Below are positions 52,857 through 64,000 of a stretch of 64,000 nucleotides of DNA, one piece after another (position 1 is the first letter of the stretch; each line of letters begins with the position of its first letter). A program made the position numbers and the translations under genes. Source of the stretch: Phaeosaccion multiseriatum (lineage: Eukaryota > Protista > Ochrophyta, other classes); NCBI GenBank assembly GCA_965112735.1, contig OZ218952.1, positions 62,001 to 126,000 of the forward strand, given 5' to 3'. The notes beneath the pieces were generated by a model. The model did not search any database. It had not been told where the DNA came from and worked only from the letters and a program-made list of their open reading frames with translations.

Positions 52857-55347
52857 ATGAGCACCACGGACAGCCAAAGCCCAGCCTTTGGACCTCTCAT
52901 CAATGACCAGTACAGAATTACAAAGAGACTGGGCGGGGGCTCTTTCGGAGACATCTATTTGGCTGTGGGGCAAACTGGGGAGAAGGTGAGGCGTGGGATG
53001 GGTTGCTGGGGGGGGAGAGGAAGTGCCGGGAGAAACGAAGCCGATTTTCGTGTCGATTTACACCCTTTTCCTCTGCTGTGTCTTCTCTTGTGTACGTGTA
53101 CTGGCGCTTCAGGTAGCTGTAAAGTTTGAGAAACATTCGACGCGTTGTCCTCAGCTCCGCCATGAGTACAAAGTGTACCGTGAGCTCCAGAACTGCCAAG
53201 GGTTCGGCCGGGTGTACTACTTTGGGATTTACAACAACTACAATGCGATGGTCATGGATTTGCTTGGGCCGTCCTTGGAAGATCTCTTTACAAAGTGCGG
53301 TCGACGATTTAGCCTGAAAACTGTCCTTCAGTTGGCGGAGCAGCTGCTGGAACGAATGGACGCCATGCACTCGAGGCACCTTGTTCATCGTGATGTCAAG
53401 CCTGCTAACTTTGTGTTCGGGCCCGGGAAAGGCTCTCAGACTTGCTTCTCCATTGACTTTGGGCTCAGCACGCGATACCGGCATCCTCGGACGCTGCAGC
53501 ACATTCCCTACAGAGAAGGAAGGAGCTTGACCGGCACCCCTCGATACGCGAGTATCAATAATCATCTGGGAGTAGAACAGAGCCGGAGGGATGATTTGGA
53601 GAGTGTAGGTTACGTCTTGATCTACTTCTTGAAGGGGAGCCTACCATGGCAAGGACTCAAGGCGCGGAACGCCAAGCGTAAGTACAAGATGATTTTGGAG
53701 CGGAAGCAGGCTATTTCCATTCAGCAGCTCTGCCAAGGGCTTCCTCAGCAGTTTGCAGAGTACTTGGCCTACTGCAGAAGTCTCAAGTTTGAGGCCAAGC
53801 CAAATGTGAGCTACCTAAGGGGTCTATTCAGGGAGCTGTACAAGGCGCAGGGATATGGCAGTGCCGAGAGAGAGGGTAGCCCGATTGAGTGGGATTGGAC
53901 CAAGTATGAAACTGCGGACCCACCTGCTTCGAGCGGAGCTAGTGTGACTACAGGAGAAGATGCGGCGGACAAGGGGGTTAGCAGCGGTAAAGGGGCTCTC
54001 GAGAGAAAGGGAGAGACTGGGACGCGAGATGAGAAAGGCCAGCAGGGCTACCCGGAGAGCGGCAGGGTGGGCACACCTTCCGCGGGGGTGGGAGACAGGA
54101 CACACGAAGGGAAGATAGTAGAGGGAAAGCGACGGAGTAACGCAGGGCCTGCCCCTGACAGCAGCCGGGGTCCAGCTGTGAACAGTGGGACTGCTCATGA
54201 GGACGAGGACGGAGGTGGGGGGGGACCACTGACGTCTCGGTCTCGGCGTGGGCACACTAGCAACGGAGTAGTAGGAAGACAAACTGGCAAGGGCCAGTCC
54301 GGGGGTGGTGGGGGGAGAGCAACCGGTCCATCAGATATAGGGAGGGACGCAGTGGTTGGGGAGGATTGCGTGGAGCGGGAGGCGTCTGCTGCTGTTCGAA
54401 AAGGTCATGACCCGCAACAACAACGCTATCAACACCATTCATATCAGCGACCATCACATCAACAGCAACACGAGGAGGAGGAGGACCAGCAACAGCCGGG
54501 CGGTTGGAGTATGTGGAACCTGAGACCCAAGACTAGCGGGGGAGGCTTCTGGGGAGGTGGCATGAGGGGTTGGAGTAACAAAGATCACATGGCGGGGGGC
54601 GAAGATGTCGGTGGGCATGGGGTAGCGGACGCTACTGTTACCAACGGTGGCGGGGTTGGGGCAGTGGAGGGAGATGACAGAGGAGGAGCAGGGAGCGGGG
54701 GGGTGGGGACGGCTCACGCCGCAGGTCCAGGTCAACACGGGGGCGGCACTGGGAATGGCCGGGCGGGACCAGAAGGCACGAAAGCGGGAAGGCCCCATAC
54801 AGCGCACGGTGCGCGGGGAGTGGGGACCGATGCTGTGGCGGGTGGTAGCAAAGCTGCTGGGGCCTCCCCTGTAGTCGCCGGCGCGCGAGGGATGATGAGA
54901 TATCGGGAGGAGCAGAGGCAAGGTGTCGGCGGAGTGAGCGGTGCGTGGGGTGGGGGGACCAGTACGAGAAAATCCTTCGAAGCGACAGGGCAGAGTGGGA
55001 GTGGAGGCGGGGCAGGGTACGCAGGGTATAGCCGGCCAAGCACAAGAACGTCCGCCACGTCCGCGATAGCAGCAAGTGCCGGCGCGGGGGCAAGCGCAGG
55101 GTGGGGGCGCAGCAGTAGCGGAGTGACAGGTGCCAGCGGGTACCCGTCTGGTCTCAGCACTTCAAGACCAGGCACCTCGGGCACGGGCCTAACCAGACAT
55201 GTCGCAGGCAGCTCCTCTGCTGCGCGTAGAGATGGGGGGGCGGGGGGAGGGCCGGGGGGAGGGGCGGGGGCCACCAAAGTCAGACAACGCCCCACCTCTG
55301 CCAGTCGGGGCCTCGTCATGGCTCCTAGACGGCGGCCACAATACTAG
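52857..55347 (+). CDS. CK1: Casein kinase 1 family Ser/Thr kinase with long Gly-rich C-terminal tail; exons 52857-52985 and 53113-55347
   Basis: LGGGSFGDIY, VAVKFE, LLGPSLEDLF, HRDVKPANF, IDFGLS, SLTGTPRYASINNHLGVEQSRRDDLES. A GT-AG intron at 52986-53112 keeps the frame. Confidence 0.95.
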
Positions 55348-55390
55348 ATAGGCCAAGCTCACAGCGCCACGCTCGTGGTACAATATATTC

Positions 55391-57400
55391 TCATGTTTTC
55401 CCTGCTTTGTCCAAATCTATGAAGTCCAGGAAGGTGGACACTGGCAGTCGCTTGCCACGGTACAGCATGAGCGTGTCCAGCGTAGAGATTCTGCCTCTCT
55501 TGATGGCAATGTCCTCTGGCGTGGCAAAGTTCACATCTCGAGCGTCACGACTCGAGCCTACCATGAGCAATACCCGCACACCCTTCGCTCCTCCCTTCGC
55601 TGCGAAATGGAGAGGAGTCCGACCGAGTTTGTCTACTGCTTCTACATCAGCGTTCGCTGCGAGGAGGGCGACCATCTCGCGCACGTGCCCTTTTCTGGCT
55701 GCAACCATCAAAGGAGTTACTCCCTTGGCATCCTTGGTGTCGACCTTTACTCCTTTCTTGAGAAGCCTATAAACACGTCGGTCAAAGGATTGTCAGAGAG
55801 ATGGACCGGACCGGACCGCAAATGCCAATCATCAATGCTGGAATAGAAAGCCGTTGGAATGGAAAGCCGTTGCCCATCCCAGTTGGCACCTACCATAGAA
55901 GGACTGCGACGTTGCCAGACGTTGCAGTACGGTGGAGCAGGTTCTGCTCGTAGCATGGATTGGTTGGATGGCCTTGCCCACTGTTGACGTTGGCGCCGTG
56001 GGACAAGAGTAACTCTATGGTGGCGTTGCAGGACGCTCGTTGCTTTTCGTATTCCTTTCTCGCCTGCGATACAGCATGCCGCGGAGGATGGTCAGCTTTT
56101 CGGATGGAGCATCACTCACACCAAGGGAACCCTGCGGCACCTCACCTTGTTCTCTTCATCTTCTTCTGCTGGCGTTTGAAAGCTGGCGAGCCTCCTCCTG
56201 GTGTTCCTGCTCCTTTCCTCGTCGTCTAGCTCAAGCAACCTTAGCACAGCCGCATAAAAGGGCGTTTGTCCAATGCCCTCGTGCTGTTCGTTGACCTGCA
56301 AAAAGTTTGACGTGAGAACTCTGTTCAAGAAGGAAAGACTGCTAATGCCTACAACTTACCTCGCAACTTTCTGGCTGAGCAAGGGCTTGCGCACAAAGCT
56401 GGGACATTGCAATAGAGGGCGTAGAAAAGGTCTGAGTGCTGTGGTGCGAACTGTCCGCGGTGAACAAAGCGGCATCTCCCTCTTACCTTGACGTCGCCTT
56501 GGGCGGCACCCATGACAAACTCCTCTTGCGAGACTAGCCTGTGCTCGCGATCGAATCTCATGATGGTCCGTTGAGGAGCGGTGATTCCCTTCTGTGCGAC
56601 GGCCACCGTCATTTGCTTGGCGACAGCCATTGTAGACTTCATTGTCTTCCATCCCCCCTTGAGTGACTTTTTCGGGACAGTGGACTGTGTTGCTTCCGCC
56701 TTCGTCAGGCGCATGCTGGACTTGGCCTTCCACAGCTTGAGAGGGGGGCATGTTTGTGAGAAAATGTAAGTCTACCCGCAAAACCAAAACGACAAGACAC
56801 CCCCCCCCCAGATAGATGTAGTACCTGGTGGAGGGATGCCGCGGCGTTCTCAAGGGGCACACTCCCACCCTTCTTCGGCGCATGATCCGGTCGGCCTTCT
56901 CGATGGGCCAACAGAGTGTCATCGTCTTTGACACTTTCATGCAGGCCCACATCCACCGTACCGCCACTGAGAGAGGACTTTGAGAGGACAGCAAGGTAGG
57001 ATTAGCTAAACTGGCCTTTAGCGAGGCACTCCCCCTGAAAAGCAAGCAAGTACCTGAGCCACGCTGTCGATGTCTGCGGAGGCGCCGAGAGGGAGCACCC
57101 CGAGCAACGTTCCCACGGCTATATCCTCTAGTTTTTTCCCGCCCTCCGCCATCTCCCCCCCCATTCCCACGGCTGTTTTCTGTTCAGTGTCGCCCGCCCC
57201 GTACCATTTCCTCCTCTGGTGCTGTGTGAGAGACGCCTCCAAGGCGAACTGTGCCGCCCGCTCCAGTTGCTCTCTGTTAACGCGCAGGAACACTGGTGTT
57301 TGTTCACTTGCATCCCAATCGAAGCAGCTAAATCGATCGAATAGATTGCGTTTCCCCCCAGCCACTAGGGTCGTTCGGAAGGACCACCCACTTACGTTCT
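55391..57400 (-). CDS. Multi-exon ankyrin-repeat protein (5' extent uncertain, may reach ~58.6 kb)
   Basis: KDAKGVTPLMVAARKGH, VDKLGRTPLHFAAKGG, LLLSHGANVN, GQTPFYAAV; exon structure not fully resolved. Confidence 0.65.
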
Positions 57401-58710
57401 CTTTGCCTGCATAATGTCCCGGATCGTGCTGCCAGCGCCTTCTGCTTTGTCCCATAGAGTCGTGTCGTCGAGCAAGCCCCCCAGAGCCACCACGCCGAGA
57501 CGTTCTGTCCCGTGGACCAGAGCCTCTTTGTCTCGCACGCCAGACGAGGTGATCGGGCGTGAGCGGATTTGCTTGTCCCGAGCCTCCCTTCGTAGACGTC
57601 CCTCCAAGCGCTGCCGTCCAATGCAGAAGCGCAACAAAGGGGTTATTTATCATAACCGACACGCGAAAAGGCTACCGCCCCCCCTCCCTTCCTTGACGAT
57701 TCACTCACCTCCCTGGCAGGGCCTCGTGCGGTACGAGTCGGCTCAAGGACAAGAGTTTTGGGGAGGGCTTCCCCGGCTTTCCAGGGCCAGTGGTAGATGT
57801 CTGCGAAAGAAAAGACAGATCACCATCAAAAGCGCGCGCTGCCTGGCGGCTGGTTGATATCACTCACCTGGTGGCTTTCCCTGCGTGCGTGACCCGCTGG
57901 GTTTCTTCTCTTCCGCATCCTTCAAATCAACGAAGGCAGGGTCCACCCGAAACAAGCTCTTGTACTTGTCCTTGAGCTCGTCCATGCGCATTTCCTTGGC
58001 TTCCTACAGTCGCGCCAAAACGGCAGAAGAGAGAGAGAGAAGGTGAGGAGGGGATGGCTTCCCAGCTTGCTTGCTTTCGCCTCGTAAGTACCTCCATATT
58101 CGTCGGACATTTGCCTTTGAGCTTCTCGCGAATAAGGCACCGCCCAAGCGCAGGCCTCGGCATGTGCGATGTATCCCTCAAACGCGAGGGAGCAGTCTCG
58201 TTCAGCACCTCAACCATGGACTGGGGGGGTTTACGGGAGACTCGGGTAGCCGGGGCGTCCTGTGCATGCTTGTGAAACCGTTTCCGCAGGTACGCTTGCT
58301 TGACCCTCGTGGGGGGGCCAACCCTTTGGCAGAACTCATGCAGGCTTCTTGAAAAGTGCTCCTCCTTTGTTGGTGTACAAGGGGGTTGCTGGGGCATAAG
58401 TAGAGACAAGGACGGGGCGTCTTTGTGACGAAACACAAACCTGTGCGTTGAAGCCCTGGCCCGGCAGCGGATGATAGACGAAGCTCTCCTCCCTCGCGTC
58501 CGCCTTGTTCCCCTCCAATCCGACCAAGGACTCTTCCGCACTCGCGCTACTCGCGTCGAGGCTGCCCATTTTGCTCGTTGTGTATCAACCTCAAAAACCG
58601 GATTCTCCCGTCGTCGGACAAACGAAACGGTACTTTTTCTTTCCTGACCCCACCCACCCACGTAAGAGGAGGAGTGGGAGAGGGGAGGAGGGAGCGGGAA
58701 GGAGGGTACA

Positions 58711-61700
58711 ATGCAGCTCAAAGCCTCCCCCGCAGTCTGGTTGGCGGGGGTGGTGCTGCTTCTCGCGTACCAAGTGGCGTTCTCTCTGGGCCTTCCGTAC
58801 TCCCCCCACAGCGTGACCTGGGATATGGTGCAGAACATGCAAAGTGGGGTCAACTCCACCAAGTATGGCAGCACCGACTATGTAGACATGACAGCCAAAG
58901 TAGATTATAGTATACTGGATGGGCCCGGGCGGGAGCTTACAGGGGACCGATTTTTGGGAGACACTGTTTCGAGAGAGACCTTCGTTACACAGTTTGTGCA
59001 GGACGTGGCAGGGGCCGTGAATATTAGTGCGAGCAGAGTGCTAGTCATGGAGATGGCTCCAGGGTGGGTCCATCACGACTGGGAGGCCGAGTGTGTCATA
59101 ATACTGTTCAGGTGTGTCTCGACAGCCAAGTGCCGAAGTGGGAGGCGGCAGGCACGGCAGAGGCTCTGCAGACTACTTAGGTTGTCCTCCCTCTCTCTCT
59201 CTCTCCCAAAGGATTATCGACAACGTCTTGTCGGGTACAACGGGTGAGATTGGTGCGGTGTATGCTCTGCAAAACTTGACTGAGCAGTCGCACCAGAACT
59301 CGTCCAGGCTTTACGACGGGCTCATCACAGGAAGGGTGAGTAAGTAAGACGCGGGGATGGGACTGCCTGGACTTGACGCGTGCCAGTGTTGAGCCCCCCG
59401 CCCTCGCATCCCCTCCGCTCTTCTACTTTGAACTCAGGTGGACCCGTTGTGGGGCATTGTGGCTGTGTCTCTCGATGTGAGTCTGCGTCTCAATATGGCC
59501 ATTGATGTTATCGGGGAAGACCTGGTGCGCGACGGCTACTACCTCAACCAGGGAAGCAGCGGATACTGCGGTACTTGGGAGGGGTCTTTGTCAGAGTCGG
59601 CGTACTGTCAATGGGAGAATTGGTTTCGGCAAGACGTAAGCTCTGCAACCAACATCACCCTGAGCAGAGTGCGGGTGCTGTTCGTGAAAGAGGCGGCGCT
59701 GGACGCAGTCTTGGTGCATTTCCGCTTGCTTCCCCCGGGGAACTACAGCGAGGATGTGCTGGTCGATGACGCTCTCCAGAGCTTGCAGGAGCAAGTGGCC
59801 GACTATTCCAGCCCTCTTTTCCAAGGAAACGTCACGGTCTGGGTGGATCCTGTGTGGGGGCTTTCTGGGGAGGGTGGGGTGCCCAGAAGAGGCGAAGAGG
59901 TCGGCGGTTCACACTTGGCAAGGCACGTGTACCCGGAGCATCAAGGGGATGAGTACGAGAGGTGTAAGGACACACATCGATGTAACCGAGCCTTCACGGG
60001 CTTTAACAGCAGTAGCAGGACTTTCAACTACACGACCCAGGCCTTTCAGAACGGTCTTCATTTCCGTGCCGACCTGTGGGCTGACTTTGAGGATTGGTGG
60101 AGGGCTGGGACGCACGGGTGGGAGTACATCATGACTCCAGGAGGGGGGGCGAAGGGAGATGCGCTGCGCAAGGCAGCGCTGAAGGAGGCTGGGCTGTCCA
60201 TGTCGATGATGGCAGCAGTAGGGGCTGGCTCAGCAGCACCGACAGGCGCACACTTTGACCCTTGGAACTACAGCAGTCGCGGCGATTCCACTACCTCCAG
60301 GGTAGACGGGACGGAAGTGGTCTCCGGCCTGGTGCTGGACGGGCAGCTGAAGGACAGGTGGCTTGCGCAGCTGGACTTGAGCCTTGCGCGACTGGGTAAG
60401 AAGCGGGAGTGGGCGGAGGCCGTCAGGACGGTGGCTAGGTTGGGCGCCACGCTGCGCTCGAGAACGGACGTGAGTGAGGAGATGACAGAGGAGCTTGCCA
60501 AGATTGCATTGGATTTGCAGGAGATGGAACAACTTCGAGCCGATATCAACAACACCCAGTGCTCGGCTTGGTGGGAGATGCAAGAGCCTTCTTGCGGTAG
60601 GAGTGGCAACAATGAGTCGCACTATCGCTGGTGGGAAGACGTGGATGGTAGTGTGGCGGAGGAGCTCAGAAGCGTTGACAACACCACCACTCCATTCAAT
60701 TGCTCCTACTGTGAAGTGTCCTTTAACACGTCTAGTTTGCGGCTCACGGGGGCGACAGAGGCTGAAGGATACCTCAGCACCACGAGCCAGGGCACAGAAG
60801 TGGCCGTGTGGGCTTTTGAGCAGGTGAGAAGCTTTGTGTCGGCTCGGTTGTGCCTCTCTTACTCGGTAATCACACAATACCACACTACCCCCCCCCCACC
60901 CTTGCATCCGCAGGTGGTCATTGGGCCCGAAGTTCGCGTCATTGTTACGGGACAGCGTGCGATGGCACTTCTCAGTCGCAATAGTCTTGTCTTAAATACT
61001 ACCATCAGTGTGGAGCCCGGAGAGCTGGGAGGGTTTCCCGGGGGACAGGTGAGACGTACTCTTCAGCACCTCATACGTGCGGAAGTAATTGACTGACTGT
61101 CCTGACCACCACTCTCCCCCTTTAGAGCGTGGCTCGCAGCTCAGATGACAGGCTGCGTCTTCCCTCGGACATACTCCTGGAGGACCTCGTGGGCTCGAAT
61201 GTGAGCCTTGTCAGCAATAACGTCAATGGGCCGGGCGCGCCCACCACCCGCTTCTACACAATGGCCATCACCACGGCTGCTGACGACGTTCCGGAGAAGC
61301 AGCGAGTGTGTACTACTGCTAACCCTGGCCAGACTCTGCGCGGCTGCTTCCACCTGGAGTACGGAGATGCCCTCCGCACGGGCTGCGTGTCGGTGGAGGC
61401 CTCTGCGGAGGACATGTCGAGGGCTCTGCAGGATGGACTCAACGTGGCGCCACCGCAGGACTCGAGGAGCTTCCCTCTTGATGCTGAGAACAGTCCGCCC
61501 TCCTCGGCGGTGGGGGTGGGGGTTGGACTTGTCAACGTGTCGAGTAATGGCACAGTCATGGATACGCTGGGCAGGTGCTGGGATCTAACCTTCAGTAGCG
61601 CCCCTCGAGGGGTGGCTCAACTACAGCCGACGTGGACGTCCGATTCGCTTGTGGGGGAGGGCGCGAGCGTTAAAGTCGAGACACTTGTGGAGGGCAACGC

Positions 61701-64000
61701 CTTGGGAGGGGAGTGGGTCATCGACCTCTTTGACAGCGCTACTCCGGGCCTGCCGTGGAACGTTTCGGCGGAGGGTCTTGAGGCGGCTCTGCAGGCCATT
61801 CCGGGGGTTGACTCGGTCGCAGTTTCGCGAAGGTATGTGTGTGTGATTGTGTTTGTTTGCGTGTTGTTGTGTTTTTGATGTGGAGTCTGGAAACATCAAC
61901 ATCTTGTCGTGTGGCTAAGCTGCTTTGTCCCCTTGTTTTCTGGCTAGTGCACCTGAGTATCAAGACTGCTCAGACGGACTGTGCGAGGCTGGCGAAATGA
62001 CAGCCGGAGGCGGACTCACCTGGACCATTGAAATCACGACAACGCGAGGCAACATCAGCCCGACCAGCCCCACAGCGGAGAGCGCTTCAGAGGAGGGAGC
62101 TGAGGAGTGGCCTCGGCTGAGTAGCTACCTGAGTGGACAGGGCAGCTCTGTCACGCTTAGCAAGGGCTATGCGCACTCTGCTGGTGACATCCAAGCGTCG
62201 TTCAACGCCACCTCTCCCTTCAGTCTCGCGCGGGGAGGCGCGGGGGGCAGCTACGGAGGTAGCGGGGGGCAGGGAGTGGAAGGGGTGTCGGCTGCGGGTG
62301 TGTACAACGAGGACTATGCTGATCTTTTGGGCGGGAGCGGCGGGGGAAGAGCAGGAGCCTCGCCGCATGTTCTTGCTGTAATTGGACAGGAAATGGGGAG
62401 GGGAGGAGCGGGCGGCGGGGCAATTGAGTTTGTTGCGCTCGGCGACTTGATTCTTGGTAACCAGGCAGTGGTCACCGCAGATGGGGGCACCGGAGACTCG
62501 GACTTTGATGGAGGGGGCGGAGGGGGTAGCGGGGGTATGGTCGTGCTCGTCGCCGGGGGCATGCTGCGGAACGAAGGCCGCATCTCGGCAAGAGGGGCAG
62601 ACGGAGGGCCAACCCACCGACCGAGCTCTGCCCACGGGGGCGCGGGTGGCGGTGGGGGCAGGGTGGCTTTGATAGGGCAGACGGTGTCCCAACCCTCCTC
62701 CAGTGGCGTGGATGTTGGGGGAGGGAGCTGCTTCGTCACCACCAAGGCTGGGAAAAGACGGAGGGGGGCTTGCTCCGAGGAAAGAATGGGTGCAGAGGGC
62801 GCCCTCAAGGTTGTGAGTCTAAGCGACACCAAGGGGGGAGGGGGAGCCCGGGTAGCTATACATAGTAGTATGAGGAACATCAACAGCAGCAGCAGCAGCA
62901 ACAGCAGCAGTAACAGCAGCAGTGTGCACAGGGCTGGAGTTCACGGCACGAACAGCTCTCTTGTGGTGGAGAGGCCAGTGTTGGCAAGTGGCGCTGCTGC
63001 TGACAAGGTCTTGTATGACGGCGTGGAGTACACGTTCGACGAGGCTATACAACCTGAAAGGGTGACAGCGTTTATGATGGCGGAAAGCAGCAGTGATGCC
63101 ACAGCGGCCCCGTCGAAGCTGGATTGGGGGGGCATGTTTGCGCTGCTGGGCTCGCTCCCTACCTTCAACAGCACCTCCAACGCAAGCCTTGGGCAGCTCA
63201 GTCCGGTTGACATGGCGATTGGAGTCAGCATGGGCAGTGCAAGAGGGATTCGACATACCAGGAATTTCGACCCACGGAAGAACGGAGCTGATATTATGGC
63301 GTCCAGCGTCACGCCTCGACGCTGGTACAAACTTGATATGCTCTTGTCTTGGGACCCGTGGACAAACACAAGTACGCATGGCTACGACCACAACGGGACC
63401 AAGGAGGTTGCCAGCGGAAAGTACACTATACTCTTGGATGGGGTAGGCGTCGTGGAAGACGTGCCCTTCTCGGTGACGGGGGGGGGGCTGGGGCGGGTGG
63501 GGCTGTACGCGCTGCCCGCCAGCACGGTCTGGTTCGACGAGATTTACGTGGGACCCGACTTCACCATGGGCTTTAGGTACGTGTGATTCATCTCGCGAAG
63601 GACGCGGTGCCCCCTCTGATTTCTTCATTCCTTTCCTTATATACCCTTGTTCTCAGATGTCCTCTGACTACGAGCAGTGGGATCCAGCTTCAAAACCACT
63701 TTTCCAAAGTGCGCTGGCCTGCCAACGTGGACGAGGCCCTCGACGCGCAAGGGAACGCCGCCTTCGACGCCTGGACGCAGGACGACTCTGCGGCGGACTC
63801 CCCGTTTCCACGTCCCGAGCAACACACCATGCAGCAGCACGAGAACTTCCTCACCACGTAAGGTTTTTGGTCTAGAGTGTGTGTGTCTGGGGGTGAGAAA
63901 CACCGATTGAACCTTCCCCCCTCCCCTGTCGCCCCCTCTGTCCACCAGGCGGAATCTGTACAACGTCGACATTGAAGATCGCCCCATCAAGCTGTTTGAG
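58711..64000 (+). CDS. Large multi-exon secreted/surface protein with Gly-rich (GGAGGG) motifs; runs off the window
   Basis: Signal-peptide-like start MQLKASPAVWLAGVVLLLAYQVAFSLG. Long ORFs at 59438-60822, 61126-61832 and 61948-63576 are separated by short GT-AG introns. Many N-x-S/T sequons. Confidence 0.8.

Overview
Eukaryotic DNA (GT-AG introns; a stramenopile-like protist is my weak guess) showing a sharp heterochromatin-to-gene transition. (1) 1-10143 and 18828-19031 are a near-homogeneous 187-bp satellite (about 55 monomers, centromere-like). (2) A TSD-less split-direct-repeat element (10144-18827; TOC1/PAT/Ngaro-like, with a decayed tyrosine-recombinase-like core in three tandem copies) interrupts it exactly. 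(3) About 19-49 kb is a transposon nest whose order I could reconstruct from TSDs and restored reading frames. It has a truncated Gypsy (A) and a chromodomain Gypsy (B, 21200-47931). B hosts a full-length chromodomain Gypsy (C), a non-autonomous LTR element (D), a 5'-truncated Copia (F, holding TRIM-like G) and a TIR MITE (H, holding full-length Gypsy E). There are also two small elements with palindromic ends. (4) From about 52.8 kb are ordinary host genes: casein kinase 1, an ankyrin-repeat gene and a large secreted Gly-rich protein. The most unusual signals are: all three Gypsy elements with a visible 5' LTR have a perfect 12-14 bp palindrome instead of a tRNA primer-binding site, starting at a terminal CA; three Gypsy RTs have Asn in place of the second Asp of YxDD; and two unrelated TG...CA mini-elements share hairpin-palindrome termini. 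All coordinates were read by eye and no searches were run.
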